Part shown: piece after piece, positions 1 to 9,200 of the stretch
Position numbering within the stretch: the first letter of the stretch is position 1
Layout: every line of letters begins with the position of its first letter
Source of the DNA: Candidatus Paralachnospira caecorum
GTDB lineage: Bacteria > Bacillota > Clostridia > Lachnospirales > Lachnospiraceae
NCBI GenBank assembly: GCA_904379015.1
Contig: CAJFHG010000012.1
Span: 40-64,039, forward strand
Length of the DNA: 64,000 nucleotides
Direction: 5' to 3'
Position numbers and translations under genes: made by a program
The notes under the pieces: model-generated
Databases searched by the model: none
Told to the model about the DNA's origin: nothing
The model's input: only the letters and a program-made list of their open reading frames with translations

Positions 1-1
1 T

Positions 2-196
2 GAGTTAATTCCTGCGGTAGACCATGCGGAAAAGCTGATACGCGATGCAAAAGACCAGCCAATCTTAAACGCGGCTATTGTGTCGGATGTGGATGTTATT
101 CTCACAGGCGATAAAGATTTTCTTAGCCTGGATATGGAGCATCCAAAGTGCATGACTGTGGCACAATTTCTTGAAAGCGAGGGTATAGAGGAATAA
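2..196 (+). CDS. PIN-family putative toxin, C-terminal part (gene starts before the window)
   Basis: Manual translation from base 2 gives ELIPAVDHAEKLIRDAKDQPILNAAIVSDVDVILTGDKDFLSLDMEHPKCMTVAQFLESEGIEE*. The RDxKD...ILTGDKDFL motif is typical of PIN toxins. Confidence 0.75.
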   Translation, partial: ELIPAVDHAEKLIRDAKDQPILNAAIVSDVDVILTGDKDFLSLDMEHPKCMTVAQFLESEGIEE

Positions 197-218
197 CCTC
201 TGCGCCTTTTCTTTTGGC

Positions 219-848
219 ATGGCAAGGGCCGGGAACCTATTTGAAGGTTCCCGGCCTATGGTTTTGTATAAAACGCAGCCCTATGATCATTTACATCCCA
301 GGATTGCAACGGTTGTTCCCAACTATGCGGAAGGTATTGGAAAGGCGGTGGATTATCTCGCTTTAAGAGGCCATAAGAGAATTGCGCTGATTCCGCCCAT
401 GCGTTATCCTATTGTTGGCCTGAAGGGGACCGATTTCAGGACAGTGGGATATGTGACTGCGATCCAGAGAAACGGAATTGTCCTTGATGAAGGTCTGATC
501 TGCAAGAATACAGAATCAGAGGAGACCATATGTCAGGAAGTATTTAATATGCTGATGACGGGGCAGGAACGTCCTACCGCGTTGATAGTAGTAAATGATT
601 ACCTGGCTTCCAGAATTATGAAATTCATCAAAAAGATGGGGCTGAGAATTCCAGAGGATATTTCCATAATCGGATCAGATAACAGCGATGTTGCCAGTGT
701 GACAACGCCGGAACTCACGACAATTGATTTTTCCAAAGAAGATCTGGCCAGAAATGTTGTACAGAGATTGATGGAGCTGATCAGAGGAAATGTGGGAATG
801 GAAGAAATTTTTCTGCCCACAAAGCTGATCATTCGGGAAAGTACATGA
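219..848 (+). pseudogene. LacI/GalR-family regulator, C-terminal ligand-binding domain only (no HTH)
   Basis: AVDYLALRGHKRIALI...PTALIVVNDYLA...GLRIPEDISIIGSD...PELTTID...LPTKLIIREST is the LacI periplasmic-fold domain. The N-terminal HTH is absent and the nominal start runs through a hairpin. Confidence 0.65.
227..256. terminator. 12-bp perfect hairpin downstream of the PIN gene
   Basis: GGCCGGGAACCT-atttga-AGGTTCCCGGCC; no clear U-tract. Confidence 0.45.
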
Positions 849-1131
849 AAGAGGATCTGTTGATAAGATTGGATCACTCCGGAACAGGATCAAGAATAAT
901 TTCCTGTTGAAAAATTTCGGAAGGCTGATACAATAGAACACATAGGTCCGACGGAGGAGCGCATACTTACTCTGTCGGACTCTTTTGTTTCATAGGAAGC
1001 TGTGTTCCCTATGAAACAAAAATGCTCCGCAGGATTCTATTTTGGGGCGGCGGCCGCGGCGGCAGGGCACGGCCGGCGGGCAATAAAGCAGAAAACAGGG
1101 GAAGAATGAGAAAGACGAGGAGTGTGATGAC

Positions 1132-1800
1132 ATGAATATTTTTGAGATTCTCGGGCCGGTGATGGTAGGGCCGTCCAGCTCTCATACGGCGGGAGCGGTG
1201 CGCATCGGTCTTATGACAAGAAAGCTGCTGGCAGAACGGCCGGTCAAAGCGGTGATCGGCATGTATGGTTCCTTTGAGGCGACCGGACGGGGACATGGGA
1301 CGGACCGGGCGCTGGTGGCGGGGCTTCTGGGGATGCATCCCGATGACATGCGGATACCGGACAGCTTTGCCTATGCCAGGGAGGCGGGACTGGAATTTGT
1401 CTTTGAGACAGCGGATCTCAGAGGCGCGCATCCCAATTCTGTGCTGATCGAGGCCATCGGGGAAAATGGAAGGGATCTGGCCGTGCAGGCATCGTCGCTG
1501 GGCGGCGGGCGGATCATGGTGAACCGTCTGGACGACATCGATGTGAACTGCACCTGTGAGATGCCGACGCTGATTGTCCATAATATGGACCAGCCGGGCC
1601 ATGTGGCGGAGGTCACCTCCATGCTTTCCCATAAATCGATCAATATTGCCAATATGTCCCTTTACCGGGACAGAAGAGGCGGCCGGGCCGTGATGGTGGT
1701 GGAGACAGACCAGCCCATTCCGGGAGAGTCCATCAAATGGCTGGAGCATCTGGAGGGCGTGCTCAAGGTGACATACATTAACGTGGGAGGGGAGGTTTAG
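1132..1800 (+). CDS. sdaAB: L-serine dehydratase, iron-sulfur-dependent, beta subunit
   Basis: IFEILGPVMVGPSSSHTAGAVRIG and GRGHGTDRALVAGLLG motifs; C-terminal ACT domain. Confidence 0.95.
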   Translation: MNIFEILGPVMVGPSSSHTAGAVRIGLMTRKLLAERPVKAVIGMYGSFEATGRGHGTDRALVAGLLGMHPDDMRIPDSFAYAREAGLEFVFETADLRGAHPNSVLIEAIGENGRDLAVQASSLGGGRIMVNRLDDIDVNCTCEMPTLIVHNMDQPGHVAEVTSMLSHKSINIANMSLYRDRRGGRAVMVVETDQPIPGESIKWLEHLEGVLKVTYINVGGEV

Positions 1801-1803
1801 ATT

Positions 1804-2664
1804 ATGGCGTTTGACAGTCTGGAATCGATTCTGGAGGTGTGCCGGGAGAAGCAGACGGCTTTCTGGGAGGCCGTGCTTCTGGATGACATGAATGAGAGAA
1901 ACGCGGGCAGGGAGGAATCCTGGGAACAGATGAAAAAAATCTGGAGCGCCATGAAGGAAGCGGCGGCAGGATACGATGGAAGTCTCCGTTCCAACAGCGG
2001 ACTGGTAGGCGGAGCCGGACAGCAGATGGAGGAATATGTCCGGAAAGGGGATACGCTGTGCGGCCCCTTCGTGGGTCAGGTGATCGCCGGCGCGCTCCAG
2101 ATGGGAGAGTCCAATGCCTGTATGAAGCGGATTGTGGCGGCGCCCACGGCCGGCGCCTGCGGCGTGCTGCCGGCCGTGCTCGTACCCTGCTTCCGGGAGC
2201 GGGGCGTGCCGGAGGAGACGATCCTGGAGGCGCTTTATACGGCGGCGGGGATCGGTCAGGTGATTGCCCTGCGGGCCAGCATCGCGGGCGCGTCCGGCGG
2301 ATGTCAGGCGGAAATCGGCACAGCCAGCGCCATGGCGGCCGGGGCGCTGGTCCATCTTCAGGGCGGAAACGGAGAGCAGATCATCCACGGGGCAGCCATG
2401 GCCCTGAAGAACCTGCTGGGCCTGGTATGCGATCCGGTAGCGGGGCTGGTGGAGGTTCCCTGTGTCAAACGGAATGTGGCAGGCGCCGTGATCGCCCTGT
2501 CAGCGGCGGATATGGCTCTGGCCGGGATCCGGAGCAGGATTCCGCCGGATCAGGTGATTGACGCCATGAAGGAAGTGGGCGATCTCATGGATGAAAGTCT
2601 GAAGGAGACCGGAAGAGGCGGACTGGCCGCCACCATAGAAGGAAAAGCGCTGGCCGGGTCGTGA
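1804..2664 (+). CDS. sdaAA: L-serine dehydratase, iron-sulfur-dependent, alpha subunit
   Basis: IVAAPTAGACGVLP, GGCQAEIG and GLVCDPVAGLVEVPCVKRN motifs; directly follows the beta subunit. Confidence 0.95.
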   Translation: MAFDSLESILEVCREKQTAFWEAVLLDDMNERNAGREESWEQMKKIWSAMKEAAAGYDGSLRSNSGLVGGAGQQMEEYVRKGDTLCGPFVGQVIAGALQMGESNACMKRIVAAPTAGACGVLPAVLVPCFRERGVPEETILEALYTAAGIGQVIALRASIAGASGGCQAEIGTASAMAAGALVHLQGGNGEQIIHGAAMALKNLLGLVCDPVAGLVEVPCVKRNVAGAVIALSAADMALAGIRSRIPPDQVIDAMKEVGDLMDESLKETGRGGLAATIEGKALAGS

Positions 2665-2679
2665 CGGGACGGATACAGA

Positions 2680-3573
2680 TCAGCCATTTCCGGAGAACAG
2701 CTCTTTCCGGAACAGGAAGAGACTGACCGCGAGGTGAACGATCATGCCGATGCCGAACATGTGGGCGGCAAACCAGATGGTCGGCCGTCCGGGCCGCGGC
2801 CTGCTGATGCGGCGGCGGCCCGGACGATCGGATCTGCGAAGATCAGACCGGCTGTCCACAGAACATAAACAGAAATCAGCACCGGCTTCCATTTTCGGAG
2901 GGCGGTTTTTGCCGTGTCTTCTGTCTGAGTGCGGAGAAGCTCGTTCATGGCGAGAAAGGGCACCAGGAAAAGCCCCCAGATGATGTTGTTGATCGCCCAG
3001 TAAGTTCCCTGTCCGGACACCTCGTTTACCATGCGGCAGACCATGACGGCGTAAATGAAATTATCCAGAAAAACCTGAAGACCGGAAAAGAATCCGATCC
3101 TGCCCCATTCCCGCGCGTAATGCCGGTCAAAGCAGGGCTTTCCGGGGAGGCTCTTTTTTCTGCGCAGCAGCACGCAGGCCATGCACAGGGACAGAGAGGC
3201 ATTGATGACAAGATTGCTGAGAGCGACTCCATTGACGCCGAAAACGGGGATCAGAACTGAGAAGGACAGCAGGCAGCCGGCTGTTTTCAGCAGGGAGGCA
3301 ATCCAGATGCAGGCAGATTCCCGGTTTGCTGCGAAATAGGCCAGAGCGATGGAGGAGAAGAAGCCCACGATGAAGGCGGCAGTTTCCAGCCGGAGATAAG
3401 TCAGGATTTCACCGCTTCAGGTCGAACCATTCCATATGTCCGGAAACGGAGAATCCGCTTGTGTCCGGAATCTGGGACAGCAGTCTCATTTTCACAATAT
3501 CAGCCAGAAATGGAATCAGCAGGAATATCACGAGTGCGAAGTAAGTCTGGCGGCAGGCCTTTTGTCTGAACAT
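2680..3573 (-). pseudogene. Degraded MATE-like membrane transporter (internal deletion and frameshifts)
   Basis: The minus strand has an RBS and ATG at 3573 (MFRQKACRQTYFALVIFLLIPFL...GHMEWFDLKR*) that stops early. A multi-TM fragment follows (3368-2742), then a frameshifted tail (...MIVHLAVSLFLFRKE, to 2680). Confidence 0.55.
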
Positions 3574-3803
3574 AACAGAGCATTCCTTTTTTTATGTTTC
3601 ATGTTTCTATGGGCAGTATACTATTTTTTCCCAGGTTCAGCAATCAGAAGAAGGAGCTTGATTAACGGTGTACCGTTAACTTTTGAAGGAGTATCATAAA
3701 CATGGGATGCCGTATTGACTTTCCGCCGGAAACCATCCATAATTTGGAATATCAGTACAGCTGCGGAAAAAAGAAAACAGGAAACAGGATCAAAGGACAC
3801 AGT

Positions 3804-5024
3804 ATGGATCGATCGGAACAGTTATTTCTGTCAGTGCTTGACAGTGTGATACACCATAAACCTCTGCCGGAAATCAGAGAAGTCTCAGACTGGGAGGGGG
3901 TGTTTGCCCTTGCCAGGCGTCATAATCTGCTGGCGCTGGTGTTTGAGGCCGCCGCGGAACTGCCGGAGACGGCGGAGCTGCCGGAATACGGAATCTGCCT
4001 GCAGGAGACCATGTCCACTGTGGCCTCTCAGGCCCAGAGGACAGCGGCATTTCTGGAATTATACCGCGCTTTTTCGGAAGCGGGGCTTGCTCCGCTGGTG
4101 ATGAAGGGGATCGTGTGCCGGGAGCTTTACGGAGAATACCGGGATCACCGGCCTTCCGGAGATGAGGATCTGCTGGTTGAAAAACAGGATTTTGAACGGG
4201 CCAGGGCAGTTCTGGAGGAACAGCGGTATGTGCCGGAGATGGAGTCGGTGACAGAGCGGCAGAAGGAAGATCTGCAGGAGGTGGGATTTTACGGCCCGGA
4301 TGCCGGGCTGTATATTGAGCTCCATCTGAATCCCATCGGACATGAGAATGAGTTTCGGGTTCAGCTGGAGGAATGCTTCCGGGATGTGTTCCGGAATTCC
4401 AGAGAATTAACGGTGGACGGTTTAACCATGCGCACTATGGGCCATGATGATCACTTCCTGTATCTGATCCTTCATGCGTTCAAGCATCTGGCGGGAGAGG
4501 GCTTTGGTATCCGGCAGGTGCTGGATGTTCTGCTTTATTATGAAAAATATGGCCGGGAAATAGACGGGGACAGGCTGGACGCCATGCTGGCCCGGACAGA
4601 GGCAAAGCGGTTTTTCGCGGATCTGGTGGAGATCGGGAACCGCTGTCTGGGATTTGATCTGGGGACGCGGGGAAGGACGAAATGCCCGGAGGAGCTTCTG
4701 GAAGAGCTGATGAGAAACGGCATTTTCGGGATGGATACCCAGGCCCAGAGAACGGCCGGGCAGATGATCGGCGCGGCCGTAGCGGCAGGGAAGCGGTCGG
4801 GTGCCGGAGGAACCTTTCTGCGCACGGTTTTTCCTTCCCGGAGACAGCTTCTGAACATGCATCCGGAGCTGGCGGAACGGCCGTGGCTGCTTCCGGTGCG
4901 CTGGGCGCAGCGGTGGGGCCGATTTATGGCGCACAGCAGACAGAACGACGGAAATCTGGCGAAGGAGAGCATGGAGATCGGAAAGAGAAGGATCCGGCTG
5001 CTGAAGAAATACGGAATTCTGTAG
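3804..5024 (+). CDS. Nucleotidyltransferase family protein (uncharacterised NTase type found near PqqD/lasso-type clusters)
   Basis: PLVMKGIVCRELY...RPSGDEDLLV...YIELH...YLILHAFKHL..GFGIRQVLD motifs; AAAGGA RBS before ATG 3804. Confidence 0.85.
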   Translation: MDRSEQLFLSVLDSVIHHKPLPEIREVSDWEGVFALARRHNLLALVFEAAAELPETAELPEYGICLQETMSTVASQAQRTAAFLELYRAFSEAGLAPLVMKGIVCRELYGEYRDHRPSGDEDLLVEKQDFERARAVLEEQRYVPEMESVTERQKEDLQEVGFYGPDAGLYIELHLNPIGHENEFRVQLEECFRDVFRNSRELTVDGLTMRTMGHDDHFLYLILHAFKHLAGEGFGIRQVLDVLLYYEKYGREIDGDRLDAMLARTEAKRFFADLVEIGNRCLGFDLGTRGRTKCPEELLEELMRNGIFGMDTQAQRTAGQMIGAAVAAGKRSGAGGTFLRTVFPSRRQLLNMHPELAERPWLLPVRWAQRWGRFMAHSRQNDGNLAKESMEIGKRRIRLLKKYGIL

Positions 5025-5061
5025 CGGGCGCGGCGGGATGGAAAAGAAAGGATGAGGATAA

Positions 5062-5613
5062 ATGGAACAGATCGGAAAAGCGCTGGACTGCCGTCTTCTT
5101 TCCACCAGAAGGATCGAGGACTGCCGCGGATGGTTTCAGGTCGCCTTCTGCGCGGATGATCTCAGAGCGATGGGAATGGATTTCGGGGCGGTCTGCCAGC
5201 TGAATCATTCCTTCACGGACCATGCGGGTGTCGTGCGCGGCCTCAATTATCAGGCCGCTCCCTTTGCGCAGGCAAAGATCATTCGCTGCGTCCGGGGATC
5301 CCTTTACAGCGTTGGCGCGGATATTGACAGAAATTCGGAACATTTTGGAAAGTGGTGCGGTTTTGTCCTGTCGGCCGGAGAGCATAACCTGATGTATGTG
5401 CCCCGGGGATATGCCCATGGCTTTATCTCTCTGGAGGATCACACGGAGCTGGAATACTTCACCGACAATCAGTATTCCTTTGAACATGCCAGGAGTGTTC
5501 GCTATGACGATCCTGACCTGGGGATTGACTGGACCCTGGGCGGGAAAATCCAGGTGCGCCGGGATATTTTATCTGAGAAAAACAGAAAAGCGCCCTGTCT
5601 CAGAGAACTCTGA
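5062..5613 (+). CDS. rfbC: dTDP-4-dehydrorhamnose 3,5-epimerase family (RmlC-like)
   Basis: DCRGWF...QLNHS...GVVRGL...QAKIIRCVRG...VPRGYAHGF...RYDDPDLGIDW...LSEK cupin motifs. Confidence 0.85.
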   Translation: MEQIGKALDCRLLSTRRIEDCRGWFQVAFCADDLRAMGMDFGAVCQLNHSFTDHAGVVRGLNYQAAPFAQAKIIRCVRGSLYSVGADIDRNSEHFGKWCGFVLSAGEHNLMYVPRGYAHGFISLEDHTELEYFTDNQYSFEHARSVRYDDPDLGIDWTLGGKIQVRRDILSEKNRKAPCLREL

Positions 5614-5658
5614 CAGACAGGGACGGACGGCATTCATCAGTTTTGCGGGGAACGATCA

Positions 5659-6021
5659 ATGGAAGAGGAGAACAGAATTGCCGCGGCGGAGCGGCTGGTC
5701 AAAGCGGCAGAGGATTATCTGAACGGAACCGGATACCGGACGGAGGAGCTTCTGGAGGAACTGCTCTGGGAGACGCTGGTCCTGTTTCAGGGCTGTTCTT
5801 TTTATACGGCAAAAAAGCTGGAATTCCAGTATACCATCAAAAGAAACGAAATGTTTGTCAGCCGGAAAAACAAGTCTATCACCAGGGCCACCGTCAATGT
5901 GGCGTTCCGGAAGCTTCTGGAGCTCGGATGCGCGGTGTCCGGTCCCAAAAAGCTGGGAACCTTCGGGGCCAGCTATGTGTACGCGGTATTTCTGGGGCTC
6001 GGACTGGTCCGGGCGGAATGA
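5659..6021 (+). CDS. Conserved hypothetical protein
   Basis: 120 aa ORF in operon-like spacing after rmlC; LWETLVLFQG..FYTAK.LEFQY...GPKKLGTFGASY looks protein-like. Confidence 0.6.
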   Translation: MEEENRIAAAERLVKAAEDYLNGTGYRTEELLEELLWETLVLFQGCSFYTAKKLEFQYTIKRNEMFVSRKNKSITRATVNVAFRKLLELGCAVSGPKKLGTFGASYVYAVFLGLGLVRAE

Positions 6022-6112
6022 CAGGATCTGGAAAAGTCCGGTGTGCCGGATAAAAACTGAAAAAGAAACTTCGAAAAAATGTGCGGTTTGAATTGTGGGG
6101 GATCCCGATACG

Positions 6113-6140
6113 AAAAAGAGGCGCAGCAGTCAGCTGCGCC
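6113..6140 (-). terminator. Intrinsic terminator of the adhesin gene
   Basis: GGCGCAGC-agtca-GCTGCGCC stem (6120-6140), followed on the minus strand by TCTTTTT. Confidence 0.6.
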
Positions 6141-6199
6141 CCGGCAATATAAAATATGCTGAAGACAGAGAAACAGGATTCGGGAGGCGGCAGGCGTAA

Positions 6200-6280
6200 G
6201 CCTGCCGTTTGCTTTGGCGGCGTTGCCGTTTGCTCCGATGGCATTACCGTTTACTTCGATGGTATCACCGTTTGTCCCGG
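6200..6280. repeat. Imperfect 21-bp tandem repeat x4
   Basis: The core CCGTTT recurs at 6205, 6226, 6247 and 6268 (exact 21-bp period). Confidence 0.7.
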
Positions 6281-9200
6281 CGGCGGGCCTTTCGCTCAGC
6301 AATTTCCGCCGCGGCCAGGATTCCCAGCGAAATAACGGCGGAAATCCCGCTGAAGAAGACAAGGGGAAGAAACTGCGTTCTGTCGCCTGTTTCTGGCGCC
6401 GTCAGTGAATCCGCGGAATCATCCGCTGCGGATGCTCCGGATTCTTCCGGATCTGTTTCGGCGGCGCTGCCCGGATCGTTTTCCGGAGCAGCCCCGGACG
6501 GTTCGCCGGGGGCCGCTGCGGAATTTTCGGAGCTTTCTTCTGGTGCGGTTCCGGATTCTTCCGGAGGCTGGCCGCCGCCTGACGGCGTTGTGGGAGTTTC
6601 CGGCCCGGAGGGGGTTTCCGGAGTCTCCGGTTCCGAGGGGGCCGTGTAACGGTTGCGGAAAACGGGAGCGCTGCCGCCTTCGTATTCCACAGACGCCAGA
6701 AGGTGCCCGCTCTGATCGTCCTTTACGGTGATGGCGATCCGATAGACATTCTGGTCGTAGGTGATCCCTTCTGCGCTGCCGGATTCTTCGGAAACGGTGT
6801 AGTAATACGTACCGGGCGCGTCGAAGGTGAGTGAAGGAAAGGGAATCGTTCCGCTTTCTGTGTTGACGGCCGCTGCCGCTTCCCGACCCTGTTCATCTCT
6901 TAACAGGAAGGAGAATTCACCGGCCTGCAGGCTGCGTCCCGTCAGCTCTTTTCCGGCGGTCAGGTACACGGTGGCCGGAGCGGGGCTGTAGGAGTTGCGG
7001 AATACCAGATCCCGCGCCGTCAGGTCGGCTGAGGCCTGGAGCGCGCCGCCCTGGTCGCTGACAGAAACGGTAATTTCATAGACCGTTTGATCGTACTGAT
7101 ATCCGGCCGTGCCCAGATCTTTTTCGTAGAGCCGGTACACATAAGTTCCGGCCTGACTGTACTGAATGGTCCCGAAGGAAAAGCTGCCCGCCATGTTCGC
7201 GGTTTCGGCAGAGGCGCCTGTCCCGCCCGGCATCGGCATGTCGCCTGTTGTGGAGGAGACTGCCTCCAGAACAAAGCGGAACTGTCCGTCCTTCATGGTT
7301 CCTCCGGTCAGTTCCTTGGTGCCGGAGATCACGTAGGAGGCCATGGAAGGGTGATACTGGTTTTCAAAGGCGATTGCTGCCGCCGGAGCGCCGTCCTTCG
7401 TATAAGAAACATCTGCCTGAAGCTGTCCGCCGGCATCTGTGACCTGAACCGTTATGACAAACACGCTGCTGTCGATGAGAATGCCGCCGGCGGAGGTGTT
7501 GTTTTCCCGCACCGTATACCGGTAGGTTCCGGCTTCTGTGTAGGTGACGGGGCCGTTCAGAAGCGGGATTCTGCCGTCCGCCGCATTCGTAAGGGCCTCG
7601 TTGGCTGCGACCGGGTCGGAGGCGGGATTACTCTGGTCAGGAATCAGGCTGAAGCTGAATTCTCCGCCCTGCATGGTGTAGCTGCTGCCGCTCTGGGCGG
7701 TCACAGTTTTCCGGGCCTCCAGGCCCGTTCCGAAGACGGAAACGGGAGCAGGCGTGTAGGCGTTGGTGAATTCCACCGCGGCGTCCTGCGTCGTGATGAT
7801 GCCGGAGGCGCTGCCGGCTCCCGGCGTTACAGCGCCGTTCACGGAAACGGAGCTGAGGGTGTAGCCCGGCGGCAGATTGATTTCTGTGACCGTATACCGG
7901 CTGTGGGCGGCGATATCCGGTATGGCAATGGTCTCTCCGCCACTCAGGGTAAATTCAACGGAGCCGGAACTGCTGAAGGAGAGGGTTTCCGGGCTTGTTT
8001 CCTGTCCGTTTTTCCGGACGGCGCTGACAGACTGACCTGCTTTGGAAGGCAGAGAAAGGGAAAAGGTGAAGGTCTGGTCCGGCGCAGTCAGCCCGCCGGC
8101 CGTTTCTGTCTTTTTCCCAATGGTCAGAGAATGGCTCAGGGCGTCCGCCTGAAGGAGCCCGTTATTCCCCAGATAGACCCGGAAGGCGCCGTTTCCGGCA
8201 TAGGTGGGATAATAACAGGACTGCGCGGTGCCGGTCGTGTTGGAGGTCTTGAGTTTTTCAAAGTCCCTTAAATTGCCCAGTCTCGGCGCGCCTGCCTGAA
8301 GCTCCAGCTGTCCGCCGGGACCGGTGGGAGCCGCGGCAGGCGTTCTGTCTGTCTCGTAAAAGATGGAACCCTTGCGGGACACGACTGCCGTTTCAGAAGC
8401 GGTGCCGTCATAAAACCGGATCTGGAAATAGTAGACCGTGTCCGGATCCAGCGCCCCGTCAGCCGGATGATTCAGGTGTTCGTCCAGGTACAGAGGCGTA
8501 TTTTCCTGGACATAGTAAAAGGGATTGGTGTGTGCCGGCGTGAAGGTCACAAAGGCGTCTCCCACCGTCGCTCCGCCGTCCTGTGATCCGCCGTATCCGG
8601 GGTCTGTATCCCCGCTGTAGCGGCCGCTGTAAAAATTGACCCGGCTGTCGGAGACGTTCGCGGCAAGATAGGACTCAGACAGCGCGGCGGTATTGGCCGT
8701 GCCGTCGCTGTTCAGAACCTGGTCCTGTGTTCCGACGCTGTAAATGACCCGGATCGGATAGGCTTCGCCGGCCGTGTGGTCTGCCGCGGTGCCGTCCGCG
8801 TTCAGCGTGATCTCATTGACCCGCATGGGGATCGCGGCTGCCGGAATTTTCACGGTGAGTTCCTGGGTTTTCTCCCGGGTCAGAGGATCGGTGACAGTTT
8901 TGACGGCGATTTCGATCAGCCCCGCGTCGATCTTGCCGTATACGGGACTGTCCACCTGTCCCTGGAAGGTATAAGAGACCGTGTCGCCGGAGGTCCGGAC
9001 ATCTTTCTGGGTAAATTCTGTTCCTCCGTAGATCAGTTCCCGGATATCTTTGATCTCCATGTATGCTCCGATATAATCGGTATAAGTGATGTATCCGTCG
9101 TGGAAGGCGTCGTTTCCGGTGACTTCAGTGGGCACCTGGGCCGCGGCCACGATTTCCGAGACAATTTCTGTGAATATGGTGTTCAGTTCATCAGAATCCT

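Noticed and set aside
1009-2388. 459 aa minus-strand ORF, plus similar long antisense ORFs (e.g. 7087-8271, 18377-20137, 22217-23443, 31223-32800, 40673-42307, 55069-57009)
   Set aside because: They are shadows of clear genes on the opposite strand; they lack motifs and are expected in GC-rich, codon-biased DNA.
3436-3803. 87 aa ORF 3436-3699 and the 34 aa N-terminal extension of the nucleotidyltransferase from 3702
   Set aside because: The first is antisense to the MATE pseudogene 5' end; the NTase has a better RBS and start at 3804.
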